61,702 nt of DNA from Candidatus Hydrogenedentes bacterium UBA2224 (GTDB lineage: Bacteria > Hydrogenedentota > Hydrogenedentia > Hydrogenedentales > SLHB01). The position numbers and the translations under genes were made by a program. Where the stretch lies: positions 1-61,702 of the forward strand of contig DDYW01000104.1 in assembly GCA_002348185.1 (NCBI GenBank), in the 5' to 3' direction. A model generated the notes under the pieces. The model was not told the DNA's origin. It saw only the letters and a list, made by a program, of their open reading frames with translations, and did not search any database. Positions 61,412 to 61,702 of this stretch are shown here, piece by piece (position 1 is the first letter of the stretch; every line of letters begins with the position of its first letter).

Positions 61412-61702
61412 GTGAATGCAATTGCCGCTGAGGGGGACAGAGGAACGAGTTGCGTGCCCGCCGGTCGAGCGCCGAGGTGTGGGCGCGGTGGACAAAATGG
61501 ACAAGGTGGGCCGTATGGACGGTATGGGCGGTATGGACGGTATGGACGGTATGGACGGTATGGACGGTATGGACGATATGGACGATATGGACGGTATGGA
61601 CGCCCCGGCCCTTAGCGGCTCCGCAGGTGTCGAGGCCGCGGGCAAAGTCCATAAACCCGGTATCGTCGACTTTTTCTGACCGACACCGAAGGTGTCGAAT
61701 TT
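61412..61702 (+). repeat. Intergenic repeat element, copy B: conserved module, 13 x 9-bp minisatellite and hairpin tail (plus orientation, truncated by the window end)
   Basis: The module gtgaatgcaattgccgctgagggggacagaggaacgagttgcg...agcgccgaggtgtgg lies at 61412-61483. Thirteen head-to-tail 9-mers lie at 61485-61601, with core unit ggtatggac x7 and variants gatatggac, ggtatgggc, cgtatggac, aaggtgggc, aaaatggac and gcggtggac. The tail carries ccgcaggtgtcgag and the hairpin cgacacc-gaa-ggtgtcg (61681-61697). Confidence 0.85.

Noticed and set aside
61341-61679. ORFs encoding peptide repeats across the minisatellite: 61416..61679 (MDGMDGMDG), 61412..61615 (GRYGRYGRY), 61341..61652(-) (HTVHTVHTV). 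The same applies at 41149..41484 (RVDRVDRVD).
   Set aside because: Every frame is open simply because the 9-bp unit lacks stops. The two copies are conserved at nucleotide level with frame-breaking indels. No SD or sensible N- or C-terminal sequence surrounds the repeats.
41192-61702. A composite transposon or mobile island bounded by the two inverted repeat-element copies about 20 kb apart.
   Set aside because: There is no transposase, integrase or recombinase between or next to the copies. I could identify no target-site duplication. The enclosed genes have the same character as those outside. The copies are only moderately similar and have indels, which fits a dispersed repeat family better than recent IS ends.

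Overview
This is a GC-rich bacterial chromosomal window of 61.7 kb with about 36 protein-coding genes on both strands. I recognise no rRNA, tRNA, CRISPR array, transposase, integrase, phage gene or transcription factor. Most genes encode Sec- or Tat-signal proteins that look glycan-degrading or glycan-binding. These are two NPCBM-module proteins (one GH36-like), two BNR/Asp-box sialidase-like propellers, two neutral-ceramidase-like hydrolases, two DUF4838/GH67N-like proteins, GH28-like and other beta-helix proteins, an S1 sulfatase, a Tat-signal Gfo/Idh/MocA oxidoreductase and several large unknowns. Transporters are interleaved: two SSS symporters, an MFS, an AGCS alanine/glycine symporter, a LysE exporter and a P-type ATPase. 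A few housekeeping-type genes are also present (hisF, a GMP-synthase ATP-PPase domain, a YpfJ metallopeptidase and a GT-C glycosyltransferase). The style (Tat-signal oxidoreductases, sulfatase, NPCBM, DUF4838, no SusC/D) resembles PVC-group or similar environmental glycan degraders, but that is only an impression. I found no defence system, retroelement or secretion machine. The signals that ordinary annotation does not explain are listed here.

- **Intergenic element with a 9-bp minisatellite:** two inverted copies, 6 and 13 units, each sitting in the same geometry 165-190 nt upstream of a gene start (41192-41401 and 61412 to the window end).
- **Two other structured repeat types:** a nested 27-bp palindrome at 2133-2232 and a 70-bp tandem double-hairpin repeat at 6982-7150.
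- **Fused sugar-salvage enzyme:** a sugar-1-phosphate nucleotidyltransferase joined to an APH-type kinase (MurU-AmgK-like) at 43008-44870.
- **SSS symporter with small partners:** two translationally coupled small membrane proteins follow the symporter (14672-16755).
- **Candidate operon:** SSS symporter, PIG-L deacetylase and an 865-aa unknown (27653-32694).
- **Decayed GH5 remnant:** 36796-37226.

All family assignments come from motif recognition by eye, not from searches, and should be confirmed with HMM and structure searches.
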